NCBI GenBank assembly: GCA_943788645.1
Contig: CALSRC010000013.1
Coordinates: 15,060 to 79,059, forward strand
Length of the DNA: 64,000 nucleotides
Direction: 5' to 3'
Source of the DNA: an uncultured Flavobacteriales bacterium
Lineage (GTDB): Bacteria > Bacteroidota > Bacteroidia > Flavobacteriales_D > Sanyastnellaceae
Shown here: in pieces, positions 40,669 to 50,256 of the stretch
Layout: every line of letters begins with the position of its first letter
Position numbering within the stretch: position 1 is the first letter of the stretch
Notes under the pieces: generated by a model
What the model saw: the letters and a program-made list of their open reading frames with translations, nothing else
What the model was told of the DNA's origin: nothing
The model's database searches: none
Position numbers and translations under genes: made by a program

Positions 40669-42129
40669 ATGAAGATGACTGCGTTTGCAACGATTTTGTT
40701 GACCTGTGCCACCATTATGGCCTGCGGAGACACCCCAACTCAAGACAATCCAACCTCACAAAAGAAGGCTCAATCCGATGCCGCAACTGCGGAAAACACT
40801 GAGCAAAGCGATGCCATTTCTCCGCTATACAAGGACGGTGTCAACGACCAAAACCGGGGAGACAAAACAGGCAAAGTACGGATACATGGAACGATCAACG
40901 CCAATGGAGGAGGTCAAGTGACTTTGTCGGAAAGTGAAGGGCGTAATTATTCCGTAATTGCCACGACCCAATTGAGTAACCGTCAATTTGATTTTGGAGA
41001 AATCGAAGTGGGTAGAGGTTTTTACAAAATCAGCCTCAACGGAGAATCCAACGCAGCGGACATCATTCTGAATCCGGACGAATCGGATTTGGAGTTGACA
41101 TTCAACGCATCCCGTCTGAGCGCCAACCGAGCCGCAACAGGTTCCAACGAAAACTCAGGTTGGTTCGATTACAAAACAAAAGAAACCACGAATGCAAACG
41201 AAGTGCGAAAGCTTCGCCAAAGCATCAAAGACGCCGGAGCGTTTCGCTCTCGAATCGAAGAGCAAATCAAACAGAAAGAAAAAGAGCTTGTCGACCAGCA
41301 GCATGCCTTAATGGACCAATACCCTGGAACATTTTTGGCCAAATACCTCGGCTGGAAAAACCCCAAATATCCTTCGAATAAAGGGCGGTTCTTCGAGGAC
41401 ATTGACCCCTTGGACAACAGCGCCGTTCGCTCCATGGCACCCAGCGATCGCATTCAAAACATGATGCGGACATTCAGTGGCGGCACGGACAGCGGTTTCC
41501 TCGCCTGCATCGACATTGTCAAAGCACACTTTGAGCCCAACCCCATCGCATTGGAAAGCGTTTTGTACACCATGTTGGATGGTTTCTACAATACGGGCAA
41601 GGAAACCATTTGCCAATACATCCTAGACAATTACATCTTTGATGAAGATTGCGGGGCAGATTTGAGTGACGCCATTCGCATACGCGCCCAAGGCATCATC
41701 AACCTGCAGCTGGGCAAGACCCCGCCCAACTTCCAAATCGACAGATGGGACGGTGGTTCATTGGATTTGTACAAAACGTGCGCCCAAAACGAATACACCC
41801 TGCTCATGTTCTGGGCATCTTGGTGCCACAAGTGCGAACAAGAGATCCCAAACTTGGGTCCGGTATACTCCAAATACGGTTACAAGGGATTCGAAATTGT
41901 CGGAGTCAGCCTGGACCAAGTGCGCAACACGTGGGAGAAAGCCATCAGCGACAACGGCATGACCTGGCCAAACGTGAGCCAACTCCAGGCATGGAACAGC
42001 CCTGTGGTGTCGGAATACAAAGTGACGGCTACGCCGACGTACTTCTTGCTGGACAAGGAGGGCAAAATTGTGCTCAAGCCCAGCCGCTACTTCGAAGTCG
42101 ACAAGTTCCTATCGGAGAAGCTGAAGTAA
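40669..42129 (+). CDS. TlpA-family thiol:disulfide oxidoreductase lipoprotein
   Basis: Lipobox 'TIMAC' and a C-terminal thioredoxin fold with 'FWASWCHKCEQE'. ATG 40669 preferred over the TTG at 40648. Confidence 0.8.
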   Translation: MKMTAFATILLTCATIMACGDTPTQDNPTSQKKAQSDAATAENTEQSDAISPLYKDGVNDQNRGDKTGKVRIHGTINANGGGQVTLSESEGRNYSVIATTQLSNRQFDFGEIEVGRGFYKISLNGESNAADIILNPDESDLELTFNASRLSANRAATGSNENSGWFDYKTKETTNANEVRKLRQSIKDAGAFRSRIEEQIKQKEKELVDQQHALMDQYPGTFLAKYLGWKNPKYPSNKGRFFEDIDPLDNSAVRSMAPSDRIQNMMRTFSGGTDSGFLACIDIVKAHFEPNPIALESVLYTMLDGFYNTGKETICQYILDNYIFDEDCGADLSDAIRIRAQGIINLQLGKTPPNFQIDRWDGGSLDLYKTCAQNEYTLLMFWASWCHKCEQEIPNLGPVYSKYGYKGFEIVGVSLDQVRNTWEKAISDNGMTWPNVSQLQAWNSPVVSEYKVTATPTYFLLDKEGKIVLKPSRYFEVDKFLSEKLK

Positions 42130-42153
42130 CCCTTGAATTAGAATTACCACGTA

Positions 42154-43153
42154 ATGAGTAGTCAGGATCTGTACCTCACATCCTTCTCCCTTTTAGCGGC
42201 CTTTTTCTTTTTTGTCGCCGGGCAATCTCAAGCGCAAAACCTCCTGAATGACGCAGGCTTTGAAAGCGGAGATGAATCATTCTGTGGAATCATGGGAGCG
42301 AATGACTTCGGAAACAACCTGATCGATTGGACAAGCCCCACGCAGGGCACCCCCCAGTTGTTCTTCACCAACGTCAATTCCGATTGCTGGAACGCCCAGC
42401 CCACAAGCACCTACCCCGGCCCCATTGGCATCAAAGGCTCACAGATGCCCTTGGATGGTGAATCAATGGCCGGTATTTATGCGTACACGATTCCCGATTT
42501 CAACCAACGGCATTACATCCAGTCGCCGCTCTCCTCGCCGCTCATTCCGGGCCAAGCCTACAAAATTGGATTTTATGCCTCGCTCGCTGATTTCATTGAA
42601 TTCGGATCCAATGGCCTTGGCGCCTGTTTGAGCGAAGGGGCGATTGCTGCCAACAGCGACGGCGTCCTCGCCGCAACTCCTCAAGTCGTCTCAGAGGAAG
42701 TCTTGGGCGATTACATCCGCTGGACTTTGATCTCCGATACGGTGATTGTCGATGCTGCTTACGACCACATCACCATCGGCAACTTTCAAACCGATGCAGA
42801 AACCGTGCTCGAGGCAAACCCTGCTACAACTGGCGCTGTCAGCACATACGGTGCCTTTTACTTCATCGATGGTGTTTTCGTCGAACCCGTTGAATTCCCC
42901 AACCTCGTCCCGCAAGAGGCTATTGAAACGTGGCAAGTGCAACCCGAAGCGGCAGGGCTATTCATCACTGAAAACCGCGCGAGGTGAGCGCTTCATGGTT
43001 TCGTTGATCGGAATGGACGGTCGGCTCTTGCTGAAACGCTCGGGAACAGGACAATTGGTGATTCCTTGGAGCGCATGGACCGAAGGTTGCGCTGTCGTCA
43101 CCATTCAGAACGACACGGACCAATTCAGCGCGCGCGTTTGCCAGCCCCATTGA
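42154..43153 (+). pseudogene. secreted jelly-roll-like protein whose T9SS C-terminal sorting domain is in a +1 frame (frameshift near 42980-42990)
   Basis: The main ORF 42154-42987 has a signal peptide and stops at 'LFITENRAR*'. The next frame continues as 'GERFMVSLIGMDGRLLLKRSGTGQLVIPWSAWTEGCAVVTIQNDTDQFSARV' to 43153, which has the pattern of a T9SS CTD. Confidence 0.6.
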
Positions 43154-43453
43154 TCTCCAACACTCGGGTTTTAGCCTAACGCAGAGAGTGAAAAAATAAG
43201 TCGGCTGAAATCGGACCGTTTCGGTTTGAACCCAAAACGATTTCGTGGCCTGGATTAATATTGTCTAAGGTTTTCATTTCAAAAAAAGGATTAAAAGATT
43301 TTCAAGCAATTCAGTATATCCATGCCAAATTTATCCAATTCATGTGTCTCTGCCATATTGACTGGCAGATCTCCTGACCTCGCTTGTCACCCTATTCCTA
43401 AAAGCTGAGGGAAAATTACCCGCGATGAAATAAAATCATTGAAAAGTCTGGCT

Positions 43454-44503
43454 TTATTCTTTTTTAATAATGCCATTGCCGGGAAAACGCAGGCCCGCAT
43501 CCGGTCGGTCCGCACGGGTCAATGACTCAATTCGTTGGTAGGCATGCGCTCCAGCATCTGGCCGAGGACCTCCGTTGTCTTTCTGGAGAGCAGAATGGAT
43601 CTGTGCTGAAACAAATGATCCGTCCGCACGAATCTCCAATTCCAAAATGGGAACGAACGATTTTGATCCCTTGAGACTGAATCGTGCATACGTAGCAAAA
43701 TTGCCCAAGCTATACGCAATGAAACGGTCTTTGTAAAGATCAACTGCACGCGGAACGTGCGGACCATGGCCCCAAATCACATCTGCACCCGCATCAATTG
43801 CAACCCGAGCCAATCGAATCGGATCCCCTCTATTTTCTCCCAAATACGTCTCTGTGCCCGGAAGGACATGTTCGTGCTCCTCTCCTTCTGCACCGCCATG
43901 AAAGGAGACAACCACCACGTCGCACGTCGCACTCAACGCTTGCACAGTGCGTTCCACCAAATCGTAATCGGTGATGGATTGGGTGCCTCGGTTCGGTGAA
44001 AACCCTGCGAATCCGACGCTCAAGCCGTTGACTTCGAGAATAGACGTGGGATGGTCGGTGACCCCCGCATATGAAATTCCCGCCTCGTCCAATAACGCCA
44101 ATGTATGTTCCCGGCCAATGCTCCCAAAATCATTGATATGATTGTTCGCAACACATAAAAAGTCAAACCCCGAAGAGACGAAATGGTCCACGTAATGATC
44201 CGGGCTTTTGAACAGGTAACAATACTTTGGGTCACTGCAAATCTTTCCTTCCGCTGCATCAGGACCGTGAATGACCCCCTCGAGGTTGCCCACCGTCAAA
44301 TCCCCTTTTTCTAAAATAGATCCTACAGCCGCCATCACGTCCTTGCCATCATTCGGTGGCAAATAGGAGGCATTGGGATAGTTCGTTCCCAGCATGATGT
44401 CACCAACAGCAATAATTGTGAGGTTTTCGGCTTTGGTCTCGTTTTGGGCATTCAATGCAGCAAACGGGAGGACCATGAGAAGAATCACTGTGAATCGGTT
44501 CAT
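43454..44503 (-). CDS. CapA family protein (metallophosphatase fold, poly-gamma-glutamate capsule synthesis-like)
   Basis: Signal peptide, then 'IIAVGDIMLGTNYP', 'VANNHINDFG' and 'VVSFHGGAEG'. Confidence 0.75.
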   Translation of the reverse strand: MNRFTVILLMVLPFAALNAQNETKAENLTIIAVGDIMLGTNYPNASYLPPNDGKDVMAAVGSILEKGDLTVGNLEGVIHGPDAAEGKICSDPKYCYLFKSPDHYVDHFVSSGFDFLCVANNHINDFGSIGREHTLALLDEAGISYAGVTDHPTSILEVNGLSVGFAGFSPNRGTQSITDYDLVERTVQALSATCDVVVVSFHGGAEGEEHEHVLPGTETYLGENRGDPIRLARVAIDAGADVIWGHGPHVPRAVDLYKDRFIAYSLGNFATYARFSLKGSKSFVPILELEIRADGSFVSAQIHSALQKDNGGPRPDAGAHAYQRIESLTRADRPDAGLRFPGNGIIKKE

Positions 44504-44840
44504 GGCTCAAAAATAAGCCCAACCAGGAGGTAATCCGACCGGCCACCTCATCCTTGTGCTCTAGATGGAGAATCTTCAGGAGAGAGCCCCCTGGAGCGAT
44601 TGAACAATTCCATCATCATTTCCTCCGCCGTTTCCTCAGGCGGACCTCTTTGTGCGACTTCGAAACCATAAGGTTCCGCTGGACCATGATCTCTCCGCTT
44701 GAAGCGAAAGATTTAGTCGTCGGCTGTCAGTCCTTTGCTCTGCACCTGGTTCTCAGTAAACGTCTTCCTGCGCTGCCATTGGTCGTCGTCGACGGCATCA
44801 TGGAGCAAGCGCGCTTGAAATCGGGGATTCAAAGGCGGAT

Positions 44841-45725
44841 TCAGGCATCTGGATGATGTGCTGATACCAAGCTTAAAATTATTCCATCTGAGAGCCCCAC
44901 TTTAGGCACCCAAATGGAGTCGTGCCCTGCCAACTTCAGGACTCGGATATAGATTTCTCCCGCAGGCACAATGACATCTGCACGATTGCTTTTCAATCCG
45001 AATTTTGTTGACCGTTGGCTCAAAGGCACTGAGCGAATCCGCTCGACCCATTTCTTCAACTTGACAAGACTGAGGTCCTCAGATTTTTTGAGACGCGCCA
45101 ATTTGTGAAATCGATTGATATTGCCTCCGGTTCCTGCCACCCGGACCGTGTTGGACATGAGGTTATTTTTGAAAAATCGATCCATTTTTTTCCATTCTGC
45201 TGGATCAATCGCTTGGTTCATGTGGCGAACCGTTCCAATTTGGAAGCTACTCCAAGCGATCCGCTCAGTTCCCCGCAACAAGGAGATTTCGGTTGAACCG
45301 CCCCCCACATCGACGCACAACAAATCTTGAGCATCGTCCAGACCCACATGCTTAAAATTCTCAAAAATCAATTCTGCCTCCTCTTCTCCATCGATGCATT
45401 CGACGTGGATGCCAGAAATTTCTTCCACTGCTTCAATGACTTTCCACCGGTTTTCCGCATTGCGCAATGCACTCGTTGCACACGCGCGGTAGTGAACAAC
45501 GTCTTGCACCTCCATCAATAGACGAAACGCTTCAAGCGTCTGACCCAGCGCCTCTGCATTCGATGAGGAAATTCGTCCAGAATCGAACACCTTTCCACCC
45601 AACCTCAAAGGCGCTCGGTAATAGGCGATCCGCTCCTCGCGAATAACTCCTTTCTTGCTTATTTCAATGTCTTTAACAAGCAAACGCACAGCATTGGATC
45701 CTATATCAATCGCGGCAAATCGCAT
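44841..45725 (-). CDS. ppx: exopolyphosphatase (Ppx/GppA family, short form)
   Basis: 'MRFAAIDIGSNAVRLL' and 'DVGGGSTE' are ASKHA phosphate motifs. It lies directly downstream of ppk1. Confidence 0.85.
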   Translation of the reverse strand: MRFAAIDIGSNAVRLLVKDIEISKKGVIREERIAYYRAPLRLGGKVFDSGRISSSNAEALGQTLEAFRLLMEVQDVVHYRACATSALRNAENRWKVIEAVEEISGIHVECIDGEEEAELIFENFKHVGLDDAQDLLCVDVGGGSTEISLLRGTERIAWSSFQIGTVRHMNQAIDPAEWKKMDRFFKNNLMSNTVRVAGTGGNINRFHKLARLKKSEDLSLVKLKKWVERIRSVPLSQRSTKFGLKSNRADVIVPAGEIYIRVLKLAGHDSIWVPKVGLSDGIILSLVSAHHPDA

Positions 45726-45758
45726 GCACTAAATTAAGCCAGAATTTGATGACTGTGG

Positions 45759-47825
45759 TTATTCATCCGCCGCGTATCGTCTGTACGTTTCACTTTGTGA
45801 ATCGCGCAAAGGTTGATTTTTTCGTCCTTTCACAAAAGTGTTTTTCATCGATGCATCGAGGGAACGTGCACGAACATTATCTTTCAATTGGTCCTCGAGG
45901 CAATGGGCCAACTGGGATTGGAGCAATGGATCGTGAATGGGCACACTAACTTCCACCCTCCGATCCAGATTCCGTGTCATCCAATCCGCGGAACTGATGT
46001 AATATCTCGCATTGCCTCCATTTTCAAAATACAAGACCCGCGCATGTTCTAAATACCGCCCCACGATGCTTCTCAATCGAATGTTTTCGCTCATTCCTGG
46101 AATCCCCGGAATCAAACAACAAATGCCGCGCACAATGACATCAATTTTCACACCCGCATTGCTTGCAGCATAGAGCAATTCAATCATCGCGGCATCGACC
46201 AAGTTATTCAGCTTGAGGATAATCCGTCCGCCAATCCCCTCTTCGACATTTCTCATTTCTTGTCTCACCAATTGAGAGAATTTCTTCCGTGTAGCGTAGG
46301 GACTTACCACCAATTGTTTGAACTGAGGACGTTCGTAATTGTGCGAGAAGAAACTAAAGAGAAGAGCCACCTCTTGCACCATCGCTGGTTCGGCAGTTAA
46401 CAATCCAAAATCACTGAAGACTTCAGCCGCTTTTTCATGAAAGTTCCCGGTGCCGAGGTACGCAATTCGCTGATTAACGTTGCCTTCGTGGCGCGTAATC
46501 AAAAACAGCTTTGAATGAACCTTGAGCCCCGAAACACCAAAACCCACCGTAATTCCAGCCTCTTGGAGCAAGTTGGAAACCTTGATGTTCTGGCTCTCAT
46601 CAAACCGGGCGGCCAATTCAATGATTGCATGGACGCGTTTGCCATTGTGGGCAGCATTAATCAGGGCGTTCACCACCTTTGAGTGCGGTGCAACACGGTA
46701 TAAATTAATTTCAATCGATTGAACACAAGGGTCAATGGCGGCCTCGCGAAGAACGTCGACGACGTGGCCAAATGTATGGTAAGGGAAATGAAGTAAAATG
46801 GGCTGCTTCAATGCCTGCTGGAGCAGGCTGCTTTTTCCCGCCAACCTGGGATGATGAAGGGGCTCTTGCCTCGGAAAAACCAATTCCTCTCTCCCAAAGG
46901 CGGGGAACCTCATTAAATCTTTGCGGTTGTGATAGCGACTGCCCGAAAGGATGTTTTTTGAATCCCCAGCGTCTAGTTTTCGGCGCAGCAGGCTCAGCAT
47001 ATGATCCGGCATTTCCCGGTCGTAGATGATGCGAACAAAATCTCCCCGCTTCCGTTGGTCGACCCCTTCTGCCATTTTGTCCATCAGCGAGCGGGATAAA
47101 TCATCGTCCATATCAATCTCCGCATCACGGGTCACCTTGATGGTATGCGCTACCACCGATTCAGGCTGAAAAATCCGAAAAATCCGAGACAAATTGCAGC
47201 GGATTACGTCGTCAATAAAGGCCACATTCCTCTCGCCTTGTTCAGAGGGTAAAATCACGAAACGCGGCAAATGTGGCGGAATCTGCATTAAGGCGTATTC
47301 CATCTCCAATCCCTTCGATCGCTCCACGGTCAACCCCACCATAAAGTACAGAACGCCGTCCTTTAAATCAGGAAAGGCACGCATTTCATCCACCATGATG
47401 GGCACCAGCTGAGACCGTATCTGATTCTTGAAGTAATTCAGTACAAATGCAGTCTGCTCCTCAGAAAACTCAGATTCATTTAAGATGCTGATGCGCGCCT
47501 CACTCAATTCCGATTCCACCGATTGATAGGTCTTGTTGTACAATTCCTGCAACTCCAATACCCGAACAGTGACATCAGCAAGGGTTGATGAAACGCTAAA
47601 TCCCAATGATGTTTTGGCCGTTTCATCAACGGCAAATGCACGCTGTAAATTGGCTACGCGTACCCGAAAAAACTCATCCATGTTATTGGAAAAGATTCCC
47701 AAGAAGCGGACCCGTTCAATCAATGGATTATCTGTTCGGACGGCTTCCTGCAGCACGCGGTGGTTGAATGACAACCAGCTCAGTTCGCGATTTAAATACC
47801 GATTGGTGTTCACATTGGGGCTCAC
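45759..47825 (-). CDS. ppk1: polyphosphate kinase 1
   Basis: 'YLNRELSWLSFNHRVLQEA' is the PPK1 N-terminus. 688 aa with a GTG start. Confidence 0.9.
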   Translation of the reverse strand: MSPNVNTNRYLNRELSWLSFNHRVLQEAVRTDNPLIERVRFLGIFSNNMDEFFRVRVANLQRAFAVDETAKTSLGFSVSSTLADVTVRVLELQELYNKTYQSVESELSEARISILNESEFSEEQTAFVLNYFKNQIRSQLVPIMVDEMRAFPDLKDGVLYFMVGLTVERSKGLEMEYALMQIPPHLPRFVILPSEQGERNVAFIDDVIRCNLSRIFRIFQPESVVAHTIKVTRDAEIDMDDDLSRSLMDKMAEGVDQRKRGDFVRIIYDREMPDHMLSLLRRKLDAGDSKNILSGSRYHNRKDLMRFPAFGREELVFPRQEPLHHPRLAGKSSLLQQALKQPILLHFPYHTFGHVVDVLREAAIDPCVQSIEINLYRVAPHSKVVNALINAAHNGKRVHAIIELAARFDESQNIKVSNLLQEAGITVGFGVSGLKVHSKLFLITRHEGNVNQRIAYLGTGNFHEKAAEVFSDFGLLTAEPAMVQEVALLFSFFSHNYERPQFKQLVVSPYATRKKFSQLVRQEMRNVEEGIGGRIILKLNNLVDAAMIELLYAASNAGVKIDVIVRGICCLIPGIPGMSENIRLRSIVGRYLEHARVLYFENGGNARYYISSADWMTRNLDRRVEVSVPIHDPLLQSQLAHCLEDQLKDNVRARSLDASMKNTFVKGRKNQPLRDSQSETYRRYAADE

Positions 47826-47870
47826 GACGCAAAGATATTTGCTCGCAACATGATTTCTCCCGTCACCGCC

Positions 47871-47878
47871 TAACTTTG
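47871..47878 (+). promoter_or_regulatory. candidate -7 promoter element (TAnnTTTG) upstream of the peroxiredoxin gene
   Basis: TAACTTTG lies 28 nt upstream of ATG 47907. Confidence 0.3.
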
Positions 47879-47906
47879 TTGGCTCTCACCATTGAACAAC
47901 TCTACC

Positions 47907-48476
47907 ATGCTCGTAGGTCAACAAGCTCCCTCATTTTCTGCTCGCGCATTTGTCAACGGCGACATCGTTTCTGACTTCTCCCTCAGCCAATTTCTGGGTA
48001 AGAAATATGTGTACTTACTCTTTTATCCGAAGGACTTTACGGGCATTTGTCAATCGGAGGTCATCGCATTCCAAAACAGGTTGTCGGACTTTGAGTCCCG
48101 CGATACCGCGCTGATAGCGTGCTCCACCGATACGGCAGACGTGCACGCCGCAGCCGCTCGCATTCCCCAAAGTCAAGGTGGATTCGAAGGGGTGACCTTT
48201 CCCCTCATCGGTGATGCCAATAAAAGCATCACCACGAATTATGATGTCATCAGTGGCGACTACAATTATTCAGAGGACGGACTCTTATCGGGTTCTACTG
48301 AAATGACCTCCCTGCGGGCGAGTTTCCTGATTGACAAATCAGGTGTGGTTCAGCACGAATTAATCAACTTTTTCACCATCGGCCGCAACGTCGACGAAGC
48401 CATTCGCATGATCGATGCGTTGCGTCATGTTCAAGAAAACGGAGAGGTCTGCATGGCCAACTGGACCAAATCATGA
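47907..48476 (+). CDS. 2-Cys peroxiredoxin (AhpC/Tsa family), divergent
   Basis: 'MLVGQQAPSF', 'FYPKDFTGICQSE' (peroxidatic Cys) and 'EVCMANW' (resolving Cys). ATG 47907 preferred over the TTG at 47892. Confidence 0.8.
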   Translation: MLVGQQAPSFSARAFVNGDIVSDFSLSQFLGKKYVYLLFYPKDFTGICQSEVIAFQNRLSDFESRDTALIACSTDTADVHAAAARIPQSQGGFEGVTFPLIGDANKSITTNYDVISGDYNYSEDGLLSGSTEMTSLRASFLIDKSGVVQHELINFFTIGRNVDEAIRMIDALRHVQENGEVCMANWTKS

Positions 48477-48929
48477 TGGTTGTCCCCCAGAACGGGAGGC
48501 CATCTTAAACCATTCCGCTGCTGCATCGACAACTTTTCGCGCACCTTTCATCGTGAGTGTTACTTTCTGGTGGCTGCGTTGAAAATCCAAAACCAAAATG
48601 GCCTGTGTTGATCCTGAATCTTTGGTTTGAACAGATGTCACTTCGACAAAGCGCAACGGGATTGCATAGACTTCCAGACGCACCTTCGTGTAGGCAATGA
48701 ATCCATGGGTGGTGCGCTGGAAATTAATTGAAGTCCGCTGATTCAAGGGAATTCGAAGACGCTCCAATTCTTCCAAACCCGTGAGCGCTTCCAAGTCCAA
48801 CTTGGGCGAACCTATCGCGCGGCCCCGAATTGATTCAGTGATTGATTTCATCCAAGGAAACCGTTCCCCGGCAATCGCATGCACCTCATTCCAGCGTTGA
48901 GCATCGTTGTAGGTTACGTTCCAAATCAT
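48471..48929 (-). CDS. hypothetical protein (152 aa), translationally coupled to the cryptochrome gene
   Basis: 'MIWNVTYNDAQRW...' begins in an ATGA overlap with the stop of the DASH cryptochrome ORF (48926-48929). No family recognised. Confidence 0.55.
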   Translation of the reverse strand: MIWNVTYNDAQRWNEVHAIAGERFPWMKSITESIRGRAIGSPKLDLEALTGLEELERLRIPLNQRTSINFQRTTHGFIAYTKVRLEVYAIPLRFVEVTSVQTKDSGSTQAILVLDFQRSHQKVTLTMKGARKVVDAAAEWFKMASRSGGQPS

Positions 48930-50256
48930 ACGGGAATGCTTTCGGGATTGCATGGGAAAATCTCACCCTGCCGGTTCCAGTGTGCCGTAAATGCTCCCGT
49001 TTCATCGTACCGACTAGCCTGCCATTCTACATCGAATTTACGTTGCGGACGCGGATCGTTTCCAATACCGGCGACGTACAACCAGTTGCCCGTGTTACTG
49101 CATGGATCAAAATCGATGAGCCAGTGTTCGAACCAAGCCGCACAGGCACGCCAGTCGAGGCCCATATCATGGACCGCATAGGACGCCACATTTTGCCGGC
49201 CGCGATTGGACATGAATCCGGTCAGTCGAAGTTCGTGCATATTGGCATTAACAAAAGCGCTTCGGGTAGTGCCTGAACACCATGCCTTCCATTGCAATGG
49301 ATGATGAGAAATCGGGTTGCGCGGAGCTTCCTTCAGCCCATTCGCCGCAAAAATGCGATCGCCATGCTGCATCGCAATGAAGCGAAAATAATCTCGCCAA
49401 AGCAATTCAAAAATCAACCAGTATGTGCTTTCATTTGAACCCTCATCCGTTTCATACCGACGGATGGCGTAGTAAATGGACCTTGGGCTGACGCAGCCCC
49501 AAGCCAGCCATGGACTGAATTTGCTCGAGTAATCCCAGCCCATCATGCCATTTCTCGTCTTCTTATATTCACTCAGAGCACGGGTTTGCCAGAAATAATG
49601 TTCGAGCCGAGCCCAGCCGGCCTGAGCTCCACCGGTGAATTGCATGGTCGAAGCTGGAAGACCCGCAAGCCTCTCCGGGGCTTCCATGCGTGCAATGCTC
49701 CATGTGTCAGGGAGATTTGCGACAATTTCAGGGACTACTCGGAAGGGATGGAACGGGGAGCTCATTGCGGATGTCAAGTCCATGTTTTTCGATTTTTTTT
49801 TCGAAATCGAGAGAATACGTCTGGAAGTAGCTCAACAGAAAACGGAAGATCTTGCGGATGAACGAGGGGTAGCTCCTTCGTAAGAATGATGCGGAACATG
49901 AAGCCGCACAGCGGCCGCTGCTGCAACTTCCTCTGAGGTGTCGACACTGCTGCGAATACACAGCCGCACAGTCCAATTGGATCTGCTAGCTTTGAGGACC
50001 TGCTCGACGGGATCCCCCGTCCACCACCAGGAGCCGATGTCCTCGTTCCTGCAGTGAACGATCCAATGCAACAAGGCTCTCGAGCATGAAGCGGCGCCTG
50101 TGGCACGCCCATGCGCTCCTCGCCCCTGCTCCAGCGATTCGTTGCAGGCAGAACAAACAAAAAGGCGGCTTCTTCCGCCTGTTCAGCCATCGCCGTAAGC
50201 GCAGGGTTGTCAAGCAGCCGCAAATCTTCTCGAAACCAATAAAGCGCGCGCATCAC
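48926..50256 (-). pseudogene. DASH-family cryptochrome with its N-terminal alpha/beta domain broken by at least four frameshifts; the FAD-binding half (48926-49783) is an intact ORF
   Basis: Photolyase-like segments lie in successive frames: 'ALYWFREDLRLLDNPAL' (ORF 49774-50256), 'RRRFMLESLVALDRSLQERGHRLLVV' (49986-50213), 'GDPVEQVLK...SSVDTSEEVAAAAAVRL' (49832-50074), then 'LVHPQDLPFSVELLPDVFSRFRKK' back in the first frame. The FAD-domain ORF follows, with 'TRNGMMGWDYSSKFSPWLAWGC' and 'WLIFELLWRDYF'. Confidence 0.75.

Noticed and set aside
43176-43277. 33-aa minus-strand ORF (MKTLDNINPGHEIVLGSNRNGPISADLFFHSLR) in the AT-rich spacer
   Set aside because: It has no recognisable family or signal, and AT-rich DNA readily yields short ORFs. 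It is kept only as a note within the spacer finding.
44554-44856. 100-aa plus-strand ORF between capA and ppx
   Set aside because: It has Arg/His-rich, non-protein-like composition, is oriented opposite to both neighbours, and overlaps the ppx 3' end. It is not called as a gene.
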